Below are positions 1-13,435 of a stretch of 64,000 nucleotides of DNA, piece by piece. Below the pieces are notes generated by a model that saw only the letters and a list, made by a program, of their open reading frames with translations, did not search any database and was not told the origin of the DNA. The translations under genes and the position numbers were made by a program. Origin of the DNA: Octopus sinensis. Lineage: Eukaryota. Numbering within the stretch: the stretch's first letter is position 1; each line of letters starts with the position of its first letter. The DNA lies in assembly GCF_006345805.1 (NCBI RefSeq), contig NC_042999.1, positions 88,040,001-88,104,000 of the forward strand, in the 5' to 3' direction.

Positions 1-500
1 TTGCCGTACAGAGGTTTCTCCTCCCACCTATCAGCCAATTGCTCGTGCGCTTTTTTCATTGCCATCATTTTCACCTTCTTTGCAACAATAGTAGCCGTAC
101 TTCCCTCGGGTTGTTCAGTTTGGGTATCCTGCACGAGATCAGTAGCAAATTTTTTGCTTTCCTTTATTATGAATGAAGCTTCTTTCGTCTCTCGTGATTT
201 TCCACGAGCTTTAGCATCCAGTCATTTGATATTTCGAGATATTTGGCCAGTCCAATTGTGGTTGTTTTGTAAGCTAGTTCAAATTGGATCAGGCCTCGAC
301 CTCCTTGGGCTCTGGGAAGGTAAAGGCGATCTACGTCTGCCTTTGGGTGGTGCATCCTATTACAACTCAGCAGCTTGCGTATTTTCCTATCTATATTCTT
401 TACTTCACTCATATTCCAGTTCAACACATTGTAGCTATAAGTAACAACTGGAACTGCTAAGGAATTTATAGCTAACACCTTGTTACGTGTATTTAGTTCA
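1..500 (-). mobile_element. Dong/R4-clade non-LTR retrotransposon fragment (RT thumb region), 5'-truncated, continuing off the window's left edge
   Basis: ORF 167-478 (INSLAVPVVTYSYNVLNW...MHHPKADVDRLYLPRAQGGRGLIQ) and downstream DRWEEKPLYG align by eye with the Dong-type ORF at 50889-51503 (INTLAVPVISYSYNILNW...MHHPKSDIERLY...GRGLIQ...RWQEKPLHG). It abuts (ATT)n. Confidence 0.85.
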
Positions 501-501
501 G

Positions 502-502
<1 letters not shown>

Positions 503-555
<53 letters not shown>

Positions 556-577
556 CATCATTATCATTATTATTATT
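503..577. repeat. (ATT)n/(TAA)n microsatellite
   Basis: Direct reading. Confidence 0.98.
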
Positions 578-580
578 AAA

Positions 581-950
581 GTGGTGATCTGGCAGATCGG
601 GACTAAGTACTTAGCGGCATTTCTTGTTGCCCTTTACGATCTAAGTTCAAATTTCGCCGATGTCATCTTCGCCTTTCATCATTCCTATTTATGTATGTAC
701 TCCATGAGCACGGGGATCATTTGCAGCGATTCCCACCCTACGCCTGCAATTTCAGACTTTGTGTCTATAGTAGAAAGAATTATTTATTATTATTGTTAAG
801 GTAGCAAGCAATCCGGTAGAACCGTTAAGGTGTTGGACAAAATATTTAGCAGTTTTATCTGGCTCATTGCATTCAGCGTTCAAATTCCACAGATATCGAC
901 TTTGACTTTCATCCTTTCAGAGTCGATAGAATAAACACCAGTCATTTAAC
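581..950 (+). mobile_element. Two tandem degenerate copies of a tRNA-like SINE (family B)
   Basis: B-box-like GTTCAAATT(T/C)C followed by the gtcgactttgcctttcatcc-like core, shared with copies at 22053, 25302, 49815 and 53316. Confidence 0.65.
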
Positions 951-2588
951 ATTGCTGATTTTGCTCCAGAATTTAATATCAATAATTATTTTATTACTTG
1001 CTAATGTATGGTTTGGAGTTTTCTTTTCCTGGCATGTAGTTGATGTATCTCTGATAAGTTATATACTCTGCTGTGCTGGTGTAGTTCGTGTTTTTCTGCC
1101 TGTGTTGCAGATTTGGTACACGAGAGACTGTCTACGGACTCTAAAGCGTCAATTATATCTGATCTAAATCATTCTTAAACAAATCCGTTACGGAGCAAGT
1201 AAATGAAATATATATAAGCTACTAGTGAGAGCTATATGTCAGTCTTTTTACACCTTTCGGAATATATAAGGATCACGAATGATAATTTTTCTCCTTTACT
1301 ACAAATAAATATATTACAAAATCTCATAAACTGCTATTGAATATTTAATGTCCCTCGGCTATTTCAGTTTATTGGTATTCTATAACATTTTCACCCGCCA
1401 TATTTCTCTTCTGAATAATTATTGTACATTATCATGCCTGAAATGATATCAGTTCAGCAACTTTAGATGTGATGTGATTGTTGTCTCTTAACAACTCTAG
1501 CGAACAAATTTTAGTGCTCTTTAGAAATGTGTCAGCGTCACAATCTCATTTCCTTGTGTGTATAAGTTAGAAATTAATTTTTCTGATCTAACATTTCCGG
1601 CTGTACGAAGTTTGAAAGCTATTTCATATAACTGCTACAACTACTAACTTCTGTTTTATCCAGCTTTTTATAGCTTATTGTTAATGTTTCTTGTTGTTTT
1701 TCATTTATTTGTTAATTTTAGCACCAACTCCGGAAGTTGTATTGATCACCAACAAGAATTTCGCTCTTTTGCAACAAATAACTTTTATCTTCTTTTTAAA
1801 ACACGAGATTAAATATACTTGTAACATAACAAAAGAAATCTTGTATTCTAGGTTGAAGGTTAAGCTAATTCTACACTTCGTATCCGTTGTTAGAAAAGCA
1901 AAACAAAACATTTAACTCTTTACTAATATTGACAATAAATAAATTGACATGTATTTATTCGAAGTTTCTATAAAAATAACCTAATCTCTACGACTTATAA
2001 ATATATTTATTTCTTTTAATTTACATTTATTTGTTGTTTACAGTGTTTAGCTCTTAGTTTGATATATTTTTATAAAGTTTTGCATTCCGATTAGATTTAA
2101 TTCCATCGATTTGAGTCTTGCATTTTATTTGGATAAATTTTGAAATTACCTGAGAAAATTTATTATTTGTCAGAAGAGAAAGCATAAGAAAATCAGATAA
2201 AAGCTTAGAGAAAGACAGCGTTATTAGCAAAGAGTGCTAATAATGATACACAACTGGAAAAATCGGAAAGAATATGAAGAGAAGAGTGCTGAATAAAAGT
2301 ATATGCCAAGGAGAGAAGGGAAAGGAGAACGTTAAGAAAAAGTTTGAAAGCACAAAATAGTTTGCACATATGAAACGTCTTTGCAATATATTAAAAGTAT
2401 AAAATGGAAGTGAAGTTTATGGAGGTAAGCTCTAAATGCGAAGACTCCATGTCTCTTTCTCCTCTCTGCATGAAGGTAATCCCTTTCCGCATATAAACGT
2501 ATTACACGACAACATATACTTGTAAGCATAGGTTTATTTGTCGTCTTTCACGAAATTAATTTTAAATACGGAATAGAAATGCTGGATA

Positions 2589-2623
<35 letters not shown>

Positions 2624-2751
2624 GTTTGTGCCTTCCAAATGCTGTTTTTACTGAGATCTCCCTTTTTAGTAGAAGAAATAGCTATAACCTTTGACTGCTA
2701 TTCTAAATTCGGTATGTGGTAAGGCAACTCGTTGCTAAACCTTATTGCTTA

Positions 2752-2823
<72 letters not shown>

Positions 2824-4044
2824 TCAAAATTCAAATATGCATGGGACATGTTCGAAAATGTAACAAAGCAATTCACTTTATTTTGTCATGGAGAAAAGTT
2901 TTCGTTCTAGATTAATAGCTGTAAACACACGAAGGCATTTCGAAGTACCATCTAACCATACTGATGTATGCATGCATTTTGGAGTAGTTATCTCCTTTTC
3001 AAGGTCAAGAGGGTTCACACTAGAAAATTTAAGTTTAAAAACACAAAACCTTTCAGAACTTTATTATCGATTAAAGACAGAAAATATTTACATTTGTTAT
3101 CAAAGCATGCTACCGATTTCAATCGTTTCAAAAGACGACTTAGTCATGCGGAAAGAGAATGGAAAATAAACTGAAATAACTATGATTAAATTAATCTTTC
3201 ATCATATCACTTGAAGAATTTTACATATTTTCTCATAAAATTGACATGGTGCTTGTATTTAATTTCCTTCTGATGGCTGTTGGGTCGTCGTCGTCGTAGG
3301 GTATATCATATTTTTATTCGTATATATATATATATATATATAATATATATATATATATATCAGAATGTGTCTGTACACATATAGGTTTATATGTATGTAT
3401 ATCCTAGCTATGACTTTTAAATACAAATGCATCAGGAGGTCAGAAATTCTGAGGAGTGTGAACCATTTCTTATCCACTATTGTTCCTAAGCCTGCTCTGA
3501 TCCATAGTAGTAGCACCTGTCAGGGACCCATATATGGGTTATGTAGCATGTTTGAGGATAGTCTGAGCGAGGGATCTTTAGCTGTTGTCATAACATCCTT
3601 CTAAGAGAGGGATGATCTGATGTGAAACCCACGGTTTCATGTAATTACCTGTTATCTCGCTTTGGTATGTCACTAGGTCCTAATTATGGAATCTCAGCGT
3701 GTTAGCAATCACGCTGCAAAGCGTTTATCACTATAATCCATTGACGTACACATGTCCTTTTATGGTGAGCTTAATCCTCATTCCATCTACTAAAAGTCAT
3801 ATGACAAAGGACAACTGTCGACGTGTGCAGCCCTAACCAGTTTGAAGCGCACAGTTAATTACAACTTTCGTCTATCCTCTCTTCTACAAGCCACGCAGAT
3901 CCGTAGTGGGACTGAATAGTCATCCAAGAGGTCATTGACAGACAACCATTTATGGACAGCGAATTAGTACAAGAGGACGACAGTCATGTGTGAAGATCGA
4001 GTAGTGACCAAATAATATACACACATATGTGTGTGTATATTTAT

Positions 4045-4081
<37 letters not shown>

Positions 4082-4099
4082 CCCCTCAACTTTTCACTT

Positions 4100-4676
4100 C
4101 ACTGTGTCCCTGTCCTTTTTTGTCGCTCCTCCTTAATTCTTCTGTCCCTCTGCTTCTACTTCTCTCTCTTCTCTTCCCACGTGATGGCCAGTCAACCTAG
4201 CCTGTTCTTTCTTTCTTTGTCTGACCGCCGTCGGTGCAACATCGATATTCTTCCCTCTGTATGTGTAATATTTTCATATCTGCCGTAAGGCTTCATTTCC
4301 CACGCACCAGCTAAATTCAATTCGTCCTTAGTCGAAAGACACCTGTTGTTCTGTCCTGTTATTATTTTTATTGTATTTTTTATTGCATTTATATTTGTGT
4401 AATTGTGTCCGTTCTTTCCGTCCTTGTTTTTGTATACATTCACTGCTTTCTTCCACGGAATCTAATGGTCTTAGCTTAGTTTTTCCTTGGGGCTGGCCAG
4501 ATTGGAGCAATCTCAAGAATAATCAGCCGAAAGTGTGAGGATCATCTGGCGCTTGGCTGAGGATAGAGGGCTTCAAATGACCCGTCCTTCTTTCCTTTGC
4601 ATCGTCTATCTGGATGTTTTGTGGTCTCTGTTTTGTATCACCTAGCTGTTCGGATTTTTTGCGTTCTTGTCCAATT
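4100..4676. repeat. Unclassified CT-rich interspersed repeat flanked by (TA)n (possible Penelope pLTR-like)
   Basis: Pyrimidine-rich, non-coding segment bounded by (TA)n tracts; classification is inference only. Confidence 0.3.
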
Positions 4677-4684
4677 TATATATA

Positions 4685-4741
<57 letters not shown>

Positions 4742-4885
4742 ATATATGTATATATATACATATATATATATATTATATATATATATATATATATGTATGT
4801 ATATAAATATATTTATATATATATATGTATGTGTATATATATATGTATACATATGTATATATATATGTATATATTTATATATATG

Positions 4886-4933
<48 letters not shown>

Positions 4934-4970
4934 ATATACCTGTGTGTGTATATGTGTGTGTGTGCGTGTG
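4677..4970. repeat. Compound (TA)n/(TG)n microsatellite
   Basis: Direct reading. Confidence 0.97.
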
Positions 4971-5869
4971 TGTAAGGCAATATAAATGAGATACAGCTGA
5001 CTCTCATTTCAATATTTACTTAGTGATTGCTACACTTGTTTGCAGCATACTGGAGTGATTTCACCCAAATTATACTTGATTAGATATCATAACTTGTTAG
5101 AGTTATAACAAAAACATATCCACATTTAATATAAAATTGTAATAAACATAAACGCATGTATCCCTTAATAAATACTCTGGTAGGTGTATACAATGAATTG
5201 CGCTATCTTAAATATTAATCCAGAATCAATTACACGAATCAAGTATTAGCAATTATACAGGCAAATAGAACATGCAAATTATCTCATAATTTTCAGATTC
5301 CTTGCCTCTCTAATACTTTATATTTAGGTATTTTATTTTGCTTTGATTAGGCCAGGATATGCTTAATGCAAACATATGATGACATACTTACCAAACTTCA
5401 GTTATTCCAGACCCAGACAAACAGTTCTTACTTGGACCTATTATGCTAAAGTATTCTATAATTTTAAAAATTCAAATAAAGTAGTGGAAGAGAATGTTTA
5501 GTTTTTCACTTAGAAATAAATGTATGCTAAATATATGACATCTACAGCAACTTCCTTGCAATACCTCATCCGTAACATGATTAGAACTATTTTCCAAAGA
5601 CTAGCCCGCTACTTCAGGATCAAAAGATATTTTAATCGTTAAATGTTTACTAATATTTTAAAAACTCGGAAGAAACAAACATTCGCAAATAGTTCTGCAG
5701 CTGCACATACATAGGAACCCTAAGCCGCATTCATAAAACAGCCATCTGAAGAAGTCACTTTTGCCTGTGGCTCGTAGACATTTCTCTCACCTGTCTCTCT
5801 CCTCTCTGCATTTTCCATCCTTAACAGAATCGCTTCAGTTATATGGATTTGGTTGGCGTTATGCCATCT

Positions 5870-6050
5870 TCATTCAGACTTTTCTAACACACTTATCTCT
5901 CTTTCGGCTATCCTCCTTGTTGTGCCAACACCCAAGCTCTTCAACAATCATTTCAACGAGGTTTTCCTTTCCAGAACTACGTTCCTCTAGACTTCCTTCA
6001 CTGATCATATCTTTCCTGTAATATTTTAAAACGGACATCAATGGAATCAG
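5870..6050 (-). mobile_element. Possible RTE-type LINE C-terminal remnant
   Basis: ISEGSLEERSSGKEN...SRKRDKCVRKV loosely matches the RTE C-terminal pattern EGxVEGKRxRGRP...DRxxWRxxV. Confidence 0.3.
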
Positions 6051-8581
6051 TCTCACCAGCAGAAATAGGTTTCTTCATTGTATCTTTTATCAAAAAGTAC
6101 TATGTCACAAATGACTATAAATATGAACACCCATTTAGATTTGAAAACTACGTGTGATGAAAATAACTTCGCCACATTACTCTGTGTGCTATAAAACAGA
6201 GACATAATCTGTCTGAGCAGTAAAACTATTAAATTCAGCAAGGGATAATCGTTTCACAGTTAAGTAGGTGCTGAACTAAATAACGGTTATTCTAACAGGG
6301 AGACGATCAGACCAATGAACTCATAAAAAGCAGCAGTTGCCATTTTTATTCTTGCAAGCATCTTAATGCAGCGCCTGATACTGACATTAATTCTGTACTT
6401 GAACTTTGATAAGAACCAGTGATCAGCAGAAATCAATAATCGACAAGAAGAAATAAACTAAAGAAGATTAAAATGTCATTAGATGCCAGTGTACTTTGAA
6501 ATGAAGTATTCAAAATACTACTTAAGTTTTAAGTCTAGTTACCAGTGTTGAACTGCATGGAAGTCTTTTCAGAAAGCTCGGACAGGATAAATGAGCGTGT
6601 TGTGTGTCATTATTGAAAGGTAAATCGTTCTTAAGAGATCGTATTGATGATAATGACTGAACAAACTAACTTTACTTTCAACACATTCCCTTCAGATTTT
6701 AACTGTTCAGATATAGCTGTCATTCTTGTTAAGCAGTTGTATTCAATTATAAATACTATACGGAAAGATTGATATTTAATTACTATTTGTTTACTCAAGT
6801 CAGCGATCTCTATGATTCGTTCAATTAAAACAAAATTCTATTTTCCTGTCAAATTTCATTATGTAAGAAACATTATGTAACTGAATAAATAACATTTATT
6901 TTTATAGCATTTACATTTTTAGAAAAATATTTTCTAATTAGAAGTAACGCTTAAGCCTCAATATAAAAAAATAACATGTGCATATTTTAATTGCTATTGA
7001 AAACATATTGCAATAGTGTTTGTGAATTTGAGGTGATTTCTTTAGGCAAAGTTTCTGGAAAGAAAATGATTGCTTAATTACTTTGACTTATAACATTCTT
7101 AGTCAGAGATTATAGGGCATCTGAACTCAAAATATATTTTATTGGAAATCATATGGTTTTCAAACATTCATACAAACAACAAATATAAGATAGTATAATA
7201 CAGTAATAGTCCAATACTATGCAATTTACTTGGATAGTCGGATGAGGAATTTCCGAAACAATGAATTCTAACTTGAACTAAACAAAGAAATGGAAACAGA
7301 TCCTCCCTCTGGTGCAATGTAGTTGTTTCACCTTCGTATGTTATAAAAGTCAGTTATATGCTTCTAAGGAAATTCTGATGCGATTACAATTATGATATGA
7401 AAACATCGCACATGTCTCCCTACTGAATTTCTTTACTAAAACACTAAAATACATCTTTGGTATTACTAACATGGTAAATGTTTCTCTACATTTATGGAAG
7501 TTTTCGGCAACTTTACCATTCGTATGTAGTAAGTCGCTACTAGCTCTAATTACTGTAACCCATCTAATTATATTCCATAAACGAACATCAATCCTAAACA
7601 TCATTTTCTTAGTCAGGGATTTAACATCAACTAAAAACTGCCATAGTAATTCTCCTTATCAATCACAGGCACAGGCAATAGTTATATTTTGGTGGGTGGG
7701 GCTTGTTGAAAAAAAGTTACGTAAAAGCAATTTCATAATAATGAATGCATATAGTAGGAACCTTTTTTCTTCTTTCATGATATTTATGCAAAATGATGTA
7801 ATAACAATTACTTGGAGGTGCACTTACTAGATTTCCCATGTGTTTTAATGCAATATGAGATGTCAGTGTGACTGAATAGATGCCAAGGAGTGGTACTACA
7901 GCAATCATCCAAAACATCTTACTAGCAAGAACAACTTTAATGGAACTCAAGTCCTATTACTGACAATCAAACCAACTATAGATATTGCGTCAAAGAAATT
8001 CTTTTTAACATCTGTCAGGTTTTATCTTGACTTTTAGTCTTTTCTTGAGAATCATGCGTTTCTGTATGCCAGCATCTTTCTGCTGTCTCTACTTTAATCC
8101 ATCTAATGCGTTATAATTCATAAATGCAGACAGGTATTCTAGTAATATTTCAATCATACTTCCAAAATGCTACGGACTACTCTGAATTACTCTGATGCAT
8201 TACTTCAATAGAAAACAATTATGCAGATAGCACAATAAAGTAAGGCATTGTTAATCAACCATCCCTTTGCAAGTAATATTTTTAAAGTCACATGTCTCAA
8301 CCAACCCTTCATTTAATATTCCATTTAATATATGACGTCCTCGGAGGTTTATGAATTGGAGTAACATCCAAATTGTATTATCATAAACTGGTACGGTATT
8401 AATTTATTAACTCTGTGCTCACAAATGAAACACCCTTATATTAAAATAGACATTGAATATCATACTTAACGTATATAAAACCTTGACAAGCATGACCTGC
8501 GGCGTTTGTCTAAGAGAAAGTCTCTTCACAGATATTTACGTATGTATGTATGTATATATATATATATGTAAACATATATAT

Positions 8582-8683
<102 letters not shown>

Positions 8684-8749
8684 ACATGTACTAGTGTATG
8701 CATGCATGTATGAATGTATGTATATGTGCAGATTTGTATGCTTTGTTTT

Positions 8750-9275
8750 ATGCATGTATTCTCAAGCATATAGTTGCATATTCAGACATGCTCATATATA
8801 TATATATAAATGCTAAGCGTTTGGTAAGTTTTACAGATTTTTACAGTTCCAGCGATGGAATGGATTTCTAGTCTTCGAATTAGCTTTCTCCTTTCTGGAT
8901 TTGAGAAGCCTAATTTCTCAAGATTGGTATTTAGGCAGTGTGTTACATATCTCAAAGCCCCAGTAATTACAGGTATAAATCTGAACGTGTAATCTGGATA
9001 GAGCAACTGCAGATTTCTCAATAGTTCAGCGTAGGTATTCTCTTTTTCACGGATCTTCAGCTTTATGTTGACATCCGCTGGGCAGTTAATTTCCACAACT
9101 CTTCACAGCTTCTCTTCCCAATCCTAAATCATTATATCAGGTCTGTTGTGCTTACATTTTATTGAGGTCTTCACTGGGACATTCCACCATTTCTTCCTTT
9201 TATTATGAGTGGTTTTGTCTTTTACCATACTGTGGGTTCTTATTTCTTTGTCCTCGGGGTCATGTATGTATATGA
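8750..9275 (-). mobile_element. 3' end of an RLE-encoding (R2/R4-type) LINE: restriction-like endonuclease domain plus start of 3'UTR
   Basis: WWNVPVKTSIKCKHNRPDIMI...EINCPADVN...KENTYAEL...FIPVITGAL, the PD-(D/E)xK RLE pattern. The 3'UTR motif is shared with 60940-60965. Confidence 0.8.
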
Positions 9276-9289
9276 CGCGCAAAGAGTGA

Positions 9290-10135
9290 AATCAAGCAAA
9301 ACCTCTACTTGATCTTACAAAAATGCTATTCATGGAGCAGATCATACTCATTCTAACCAGGTACAAAATTGTCCCGGTCCTCTATTTTACAGACAATGTG
9401 GAAATTATCCACAACATAAATATATCACCGACAATATTCTCAGGTCATAACATGATAGAACTGACAATGTATGGCCCGGAATTAACCAAAGATAAACTCC
9501 GTACAGATGGCGCTGAAACCCTATCCAACCGAAATGTCTATAAGGCTGACTGGAAGTCACTTGAAAAACAGATACTCCAGCAGGACTGGCCTAAAATGCC
9601 TCTCTATGCAAGATATTAAACTCAATAAAATCATGTCAATAATGCGAGCCATATGCATTAAATATGTCCCAGAGAAGGAAGCCAATACACACAAAAACAT
9701 CATTCCCCGAGACAGGAGAATACTTATTCAGCGGAGAATAAAGATCTCGAATAGTTTAAACAAATACCTTAATGCCAGTGTGAAATTCCACCTGACAGAG
9801 GAACTCTTCGAAACAGAAAATAAACTCAAAATCTCCCATGAAAAAGAAAGAGAAAGAGAAACCTGGGCAGTCGAAAATATAAAAAGAAATACTAAATTCT
9901 TCTACACATTGCCAAAGAAGTCTGCCTCAGTACGTTGTAAGATAGGGCCCCTATTTGGTAAAAATGGCTCACTAACTGCAGACCCGGGGAACATAAGTGA
10001 AGCACTAAATAAACAATTCCGAAGTGTTTTCACTTCCCCATTGGAAAATATGTAAATGAACAAGCCAAAGGAGTTGTTCAATGTAATGAATCTATTCGGA
10101 AAAGAGGAAAACCATCAATTACATCAACATAACAG
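9290..10135 (+). mobile_element. CR1/L2-group LINE ORF2 fragment (end of APE endonuclease and linker)
   Basis: SPTIFSGHNMIEL (SDHN-like APE motif), then ERETWAVENIKRNTKFFY...KIGPL...ISEALNKQFRSVFT, typical of the CR1 linker; frameshifted. Confidence 0.8.
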
Positions 10136-10447
10136 AAGACAACTTCTCAAAAGTCTGCAGGGTATCAATTTGATCACAAAATAAAGTATTATGAATCCCA
10201 AATGAGAACACTATCCACTATTGCGAACTTTATGTAGTCCACGAATTCAATTACATTTGTTATACCAATACAGACCCTCCATTCATAAAGTTTGACATCA
10301 ACAAACAGATCAGAAGAGCAGATTCAACACGTTCCAAGGTTGACAAAGAGTGGCGTTTTAAAGCTTTCAATGTTTTGCATATAAAGACGCTCAGTGGAAA
10401 TTAAGTAAACTGACTGAATCAGTAAAATGTTGGTTTAATCTAACGTA

Positions 10448-11731
10448 CGAGGGGCGTTCAATAAGTAATGCCTCTGACCCACTTCCCATAGCAGTAGAGC
10501 AACGAAACTTGGCACAGGTATTAGTCTTTTTCTACATAGGAACAACCCAGAGGTACGCATTTCTCCCATCGTTTGATGCAGTTCTGGAGACCGTTTTCGT
10601 AGAAGACCCCAGCTTGGTCCTCCAACCACGACGTGACTTCAGAAATCAAGGCTGCATCATCTGGGAAACGCTTTCCTTTCAAAAACAACTTCATGGCTGG
10701 GAAGAGGTGAAAATCAGAGGGTGCAAGGTCAGGAGAGTAGGGGGATGGGGGAATAGTTCATAGCCGCATGCCTATGCTTCTGATCTGGCGACACGCGAGT
10801 TGTGGACCGGAGCGTTGTCCTGCAGGAGGAGGATGCCTTTGCTGATCTTGCCCCGCCTCTTGGTTTCGATAGCTTCTCTTAATTTCCTCAAAAGTGAAAC
10901 ATGATAGGCTCCTGTAATTGTGGTACCCTTTGCCAGGAAATCTGTCATCACTACTCCGTCCTGGTCCCAGAAGACTGTGAGCATGACCTTGCCAGCAGAG
11001 GGCTGCACCCTTGCCTTCTTTGGAGGAGGTGAGTCATGGTGCTTCCACTGCATTGACTGGGCTTTGGTCTCTGGATCATAGTGATGGACCCAGGTCTCAT
11101 CCTGTGTAATCAGTCTTTTGAAACATTTTGACTCATCTTCTTGGCACATCCCTAAATTCTCGCTTCTGGAATTCTTGCGTTCTTGCTTCTGGAAAAGTGT
11201 GAGCAACCTGGAAATCCATCTGGCAGACACCTTTTGCATATGCAAATGGTCATGAATGATAGTTTCCACAGACCCGGTACTAATCTTGACCTCATGGGCT
11301 ATTTGGCGAATAGTTATGCGTCGATCTTCCAAAATGGCAGCCTCAACTTGACGGACAGATGCCTCATCAATGGCAGAAGGGGTGCGACCAGATCTGGGAG
11401 CTGTTTCCACAGAGTTCCAACCATGTTTGAATTCATGATGCCAGCGTTTTACAAGGTCATATGATGGGGCATCATCACCATAAGTTACTTTCATTTCATT
11501 AAAAGTCTCCTGTGGTGTGCGTCATTTCAAATACAAAAACCGGATCACTGTTCGACACTCAACAGGCTCCATTTCCCACCTGACTCATTTCAAACACCTG
11601 TAAATCAGAAACCACAATTAGTTCGGAGCTGTAATTCACCACTTAATCTATAGTGATATCAATAATTGCACATTCAGCTAGATCAAACAAAGGCAAGTGG
11701 GTCAGAGGCATTACTTATTGAACGCCCCTCG
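10448..11731 (-). mobile_element. Full-length mariner (DD34D) transposon, 1284 bp, perfect 37-bp TIRs, TA target duplication
   Basis: TIR cgaggggcgttcaataagtaatgcctctgacccactt at 10448-10484 and its exact reverse complement at 11695-11731; TA at 10446-10447 and 11732-11733. Confidence 0.97.
10521..11572 (-). pseudogene. Mariner transposase pseudogene (~350 codons; two nonsense codons, one 1-bp deletion)
   Basis: MEPVECRTVIRFLYLK*...TQDETW...QDNAPVH...*...HPP(fs)YSPDLAPSDFHLFP...SYVEKD*. There are 34 residues between the 2nd and 3rd Asp after repairing the frameshift in a C5 run. Confidence 0.95.
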
Positions 11732-12299
11732 TAACAAATTTCTAGCGATTCGAATCCTAATAGCAAGATATTCATTCAGTGATCACGAGTAAGCTACCAC
11801 AGTTTCACGTGATTGATCTATATGTTGGCCAATCAGCGTGAAGCTATGACGTGCCATGGCTCCTCCGCTGATCTAAAATTCGCTCCCTTTTCGCTCTACC
11901 AAAACTGTATGGCGCTCAACTCAGGCAGAAAACCTAGGGTACTCACAGAAGGCAAACCAGTAAGACCAGACCACTTCGAGGACTAGGACAGACCACCTCA
12001 AGCAAGAACCAACTTCGGACACTCACAAATGATGCGTCTTCTACAAGACACGACGCAGTGAATCATGTCAACACAGCCAACACAGCCAACACAGTGAATC
12101 ATGTCCAGCAACAAATATGTTTAAACTTCGTGACTTGCTTCATTTATCATTCATGCAGCCAAATAAAGCACACGACGGTACTCTTCAGTAACACAACACA
12201 CGCTAGCAAGTAACTACCACGACGTCGGTGAACGTGCAACTTCGCAACAAGGTTATATTTCTTACGGTAGTTTTCACCTTTTTTACTTAAATTAAAAAT

Positions 12300-13074
12300 T
12301 AAGTCAGGTACTATGCCACCCTCAACTCTCGCTACTATGCCACTTGTAAACTGAAGCGCACGCAGCTTTTCGAAATTTTGTACTCCTACATTTTGTACAT
12401 TTCGTATTTGTAATCTTGTGGAAAAGTTCAGAAAGTAGCACACAATGTCAGCTCAGAAACGCAAGCGGTTGAGTTTACGCTGAAGGAAAAGAAGGAGATT
12501 ATCAATGCTGCGAAAAACGTTATTGTCGGGCCCCTCGTATCATTAGTAATAGCTGATACAAGTTACCGCCCCTTGTATTGTCCGACATGTTTCACTCTAG
12601 AAGAAATAGCAAAGGAGGTAATGCATAACGAAGAGCCGGTGGAAAGTGAAGACGACGAGTTAATTGTGGAAGAGGAATACGTTTCATTTGCAGATGTCCA
12701 GAGAGCATGGAGCACTATCCGAAAGTTTATGCAGCAGCAGAGCAGCGGAAAACCCAGCGTCATGCAGGCGTGTGATAGGCTAGACAACAAAATGAATGAA
12801 ATCCGCTGAAAGAAGATGCGTCAGCCGACAATTTTCGAGAGCTTCGGGATTAACTAAAAGCAATCTGAACTTAATAAACTTGGATGTCTTCTTTTTACCA
12901 TTGCATTGAACTTCTTATTGGCCTTACTTCCTACCCTATGAATTTTTATTCGTATATTCAGTAAATTTTTGGTTATGTAGTGTTTAGATAACAGACCCTC
13001 GGTACTATGCCAATCTCGGTACTATGCCACTTTGGCTCAGTCCCGCAGGGTGGCATAGTAGCGAGAGTTGACTG
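12300..13074 (+). mobile_element. Tigger/pogo-like DNA transposon, internal-deletion derivative (right end intact, left end not found)
   Basis: ATG at 12446: MSAQKRKRLSL(fs)TLKEKKEIINAAK (CENP-B/psq HTH start) joined directly to an acidic C-terminus (EEPVESEDDE...KMRQPTIFESF). The right end reads ...gagagttgactg|TA, a CAGT-type TIR. Confidence 0.75.
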
Positions 13075-13214
13075 TAATAAGAAACCTTCTTATATATAAG
13101 ATTGCTATATAGAGGAATGCATTGTACATAATGCATTTAGTTTAATGTTGTGAATATATATCAGCTTAGTTTAGTCATTTTCAAGTTAGTTGATATTGAT
13201 ATTATGTTGTTTTC

Positions 13215-13435
13215 AGGTGGCGGGCTGGCAAAATCCTTAGCTAATCGGGAAAAATTCTTAGCAGCATTTCGTCCGTCTTTACGTTCTGAGTTAAAATTCC
13301 ACCAAGATCGAATTTTGTTTCATCAAAGAATGAGGTGGATATAATAAGTACCAATTGAGTACAGGGGCGAATATAATCGCCGTAGCTATTCCTCCGAACT
13401 TGCTGGTTTTGTGCCAAAATTTGGAACTGATTTGT
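13215..13435 (+). mobile_element. Family B SINE, degenerate
   Basis: ggtggcgggctggcaaaatcc...gttctgagttaaaattcc...agtaccaattgagtac...ttgtgccaaaatttgg. Confidence 0.6.

Noticed and set aside
7400-8050. Possible L1/Tx1 RT remnant on the minus strand (also 21000-21900 and AYADN at ~28230-28260)
   Set aside because: Only loose single-motif resemblance; it cannot be supported without a profile search.
11780-11870. Cluster of CCAAT, CACGTG and TGACGT motifs suggesting a promoter
   Set aside because: Short motifs with no downstream gene or transcript evidence; probably part of an unclassified repeat.
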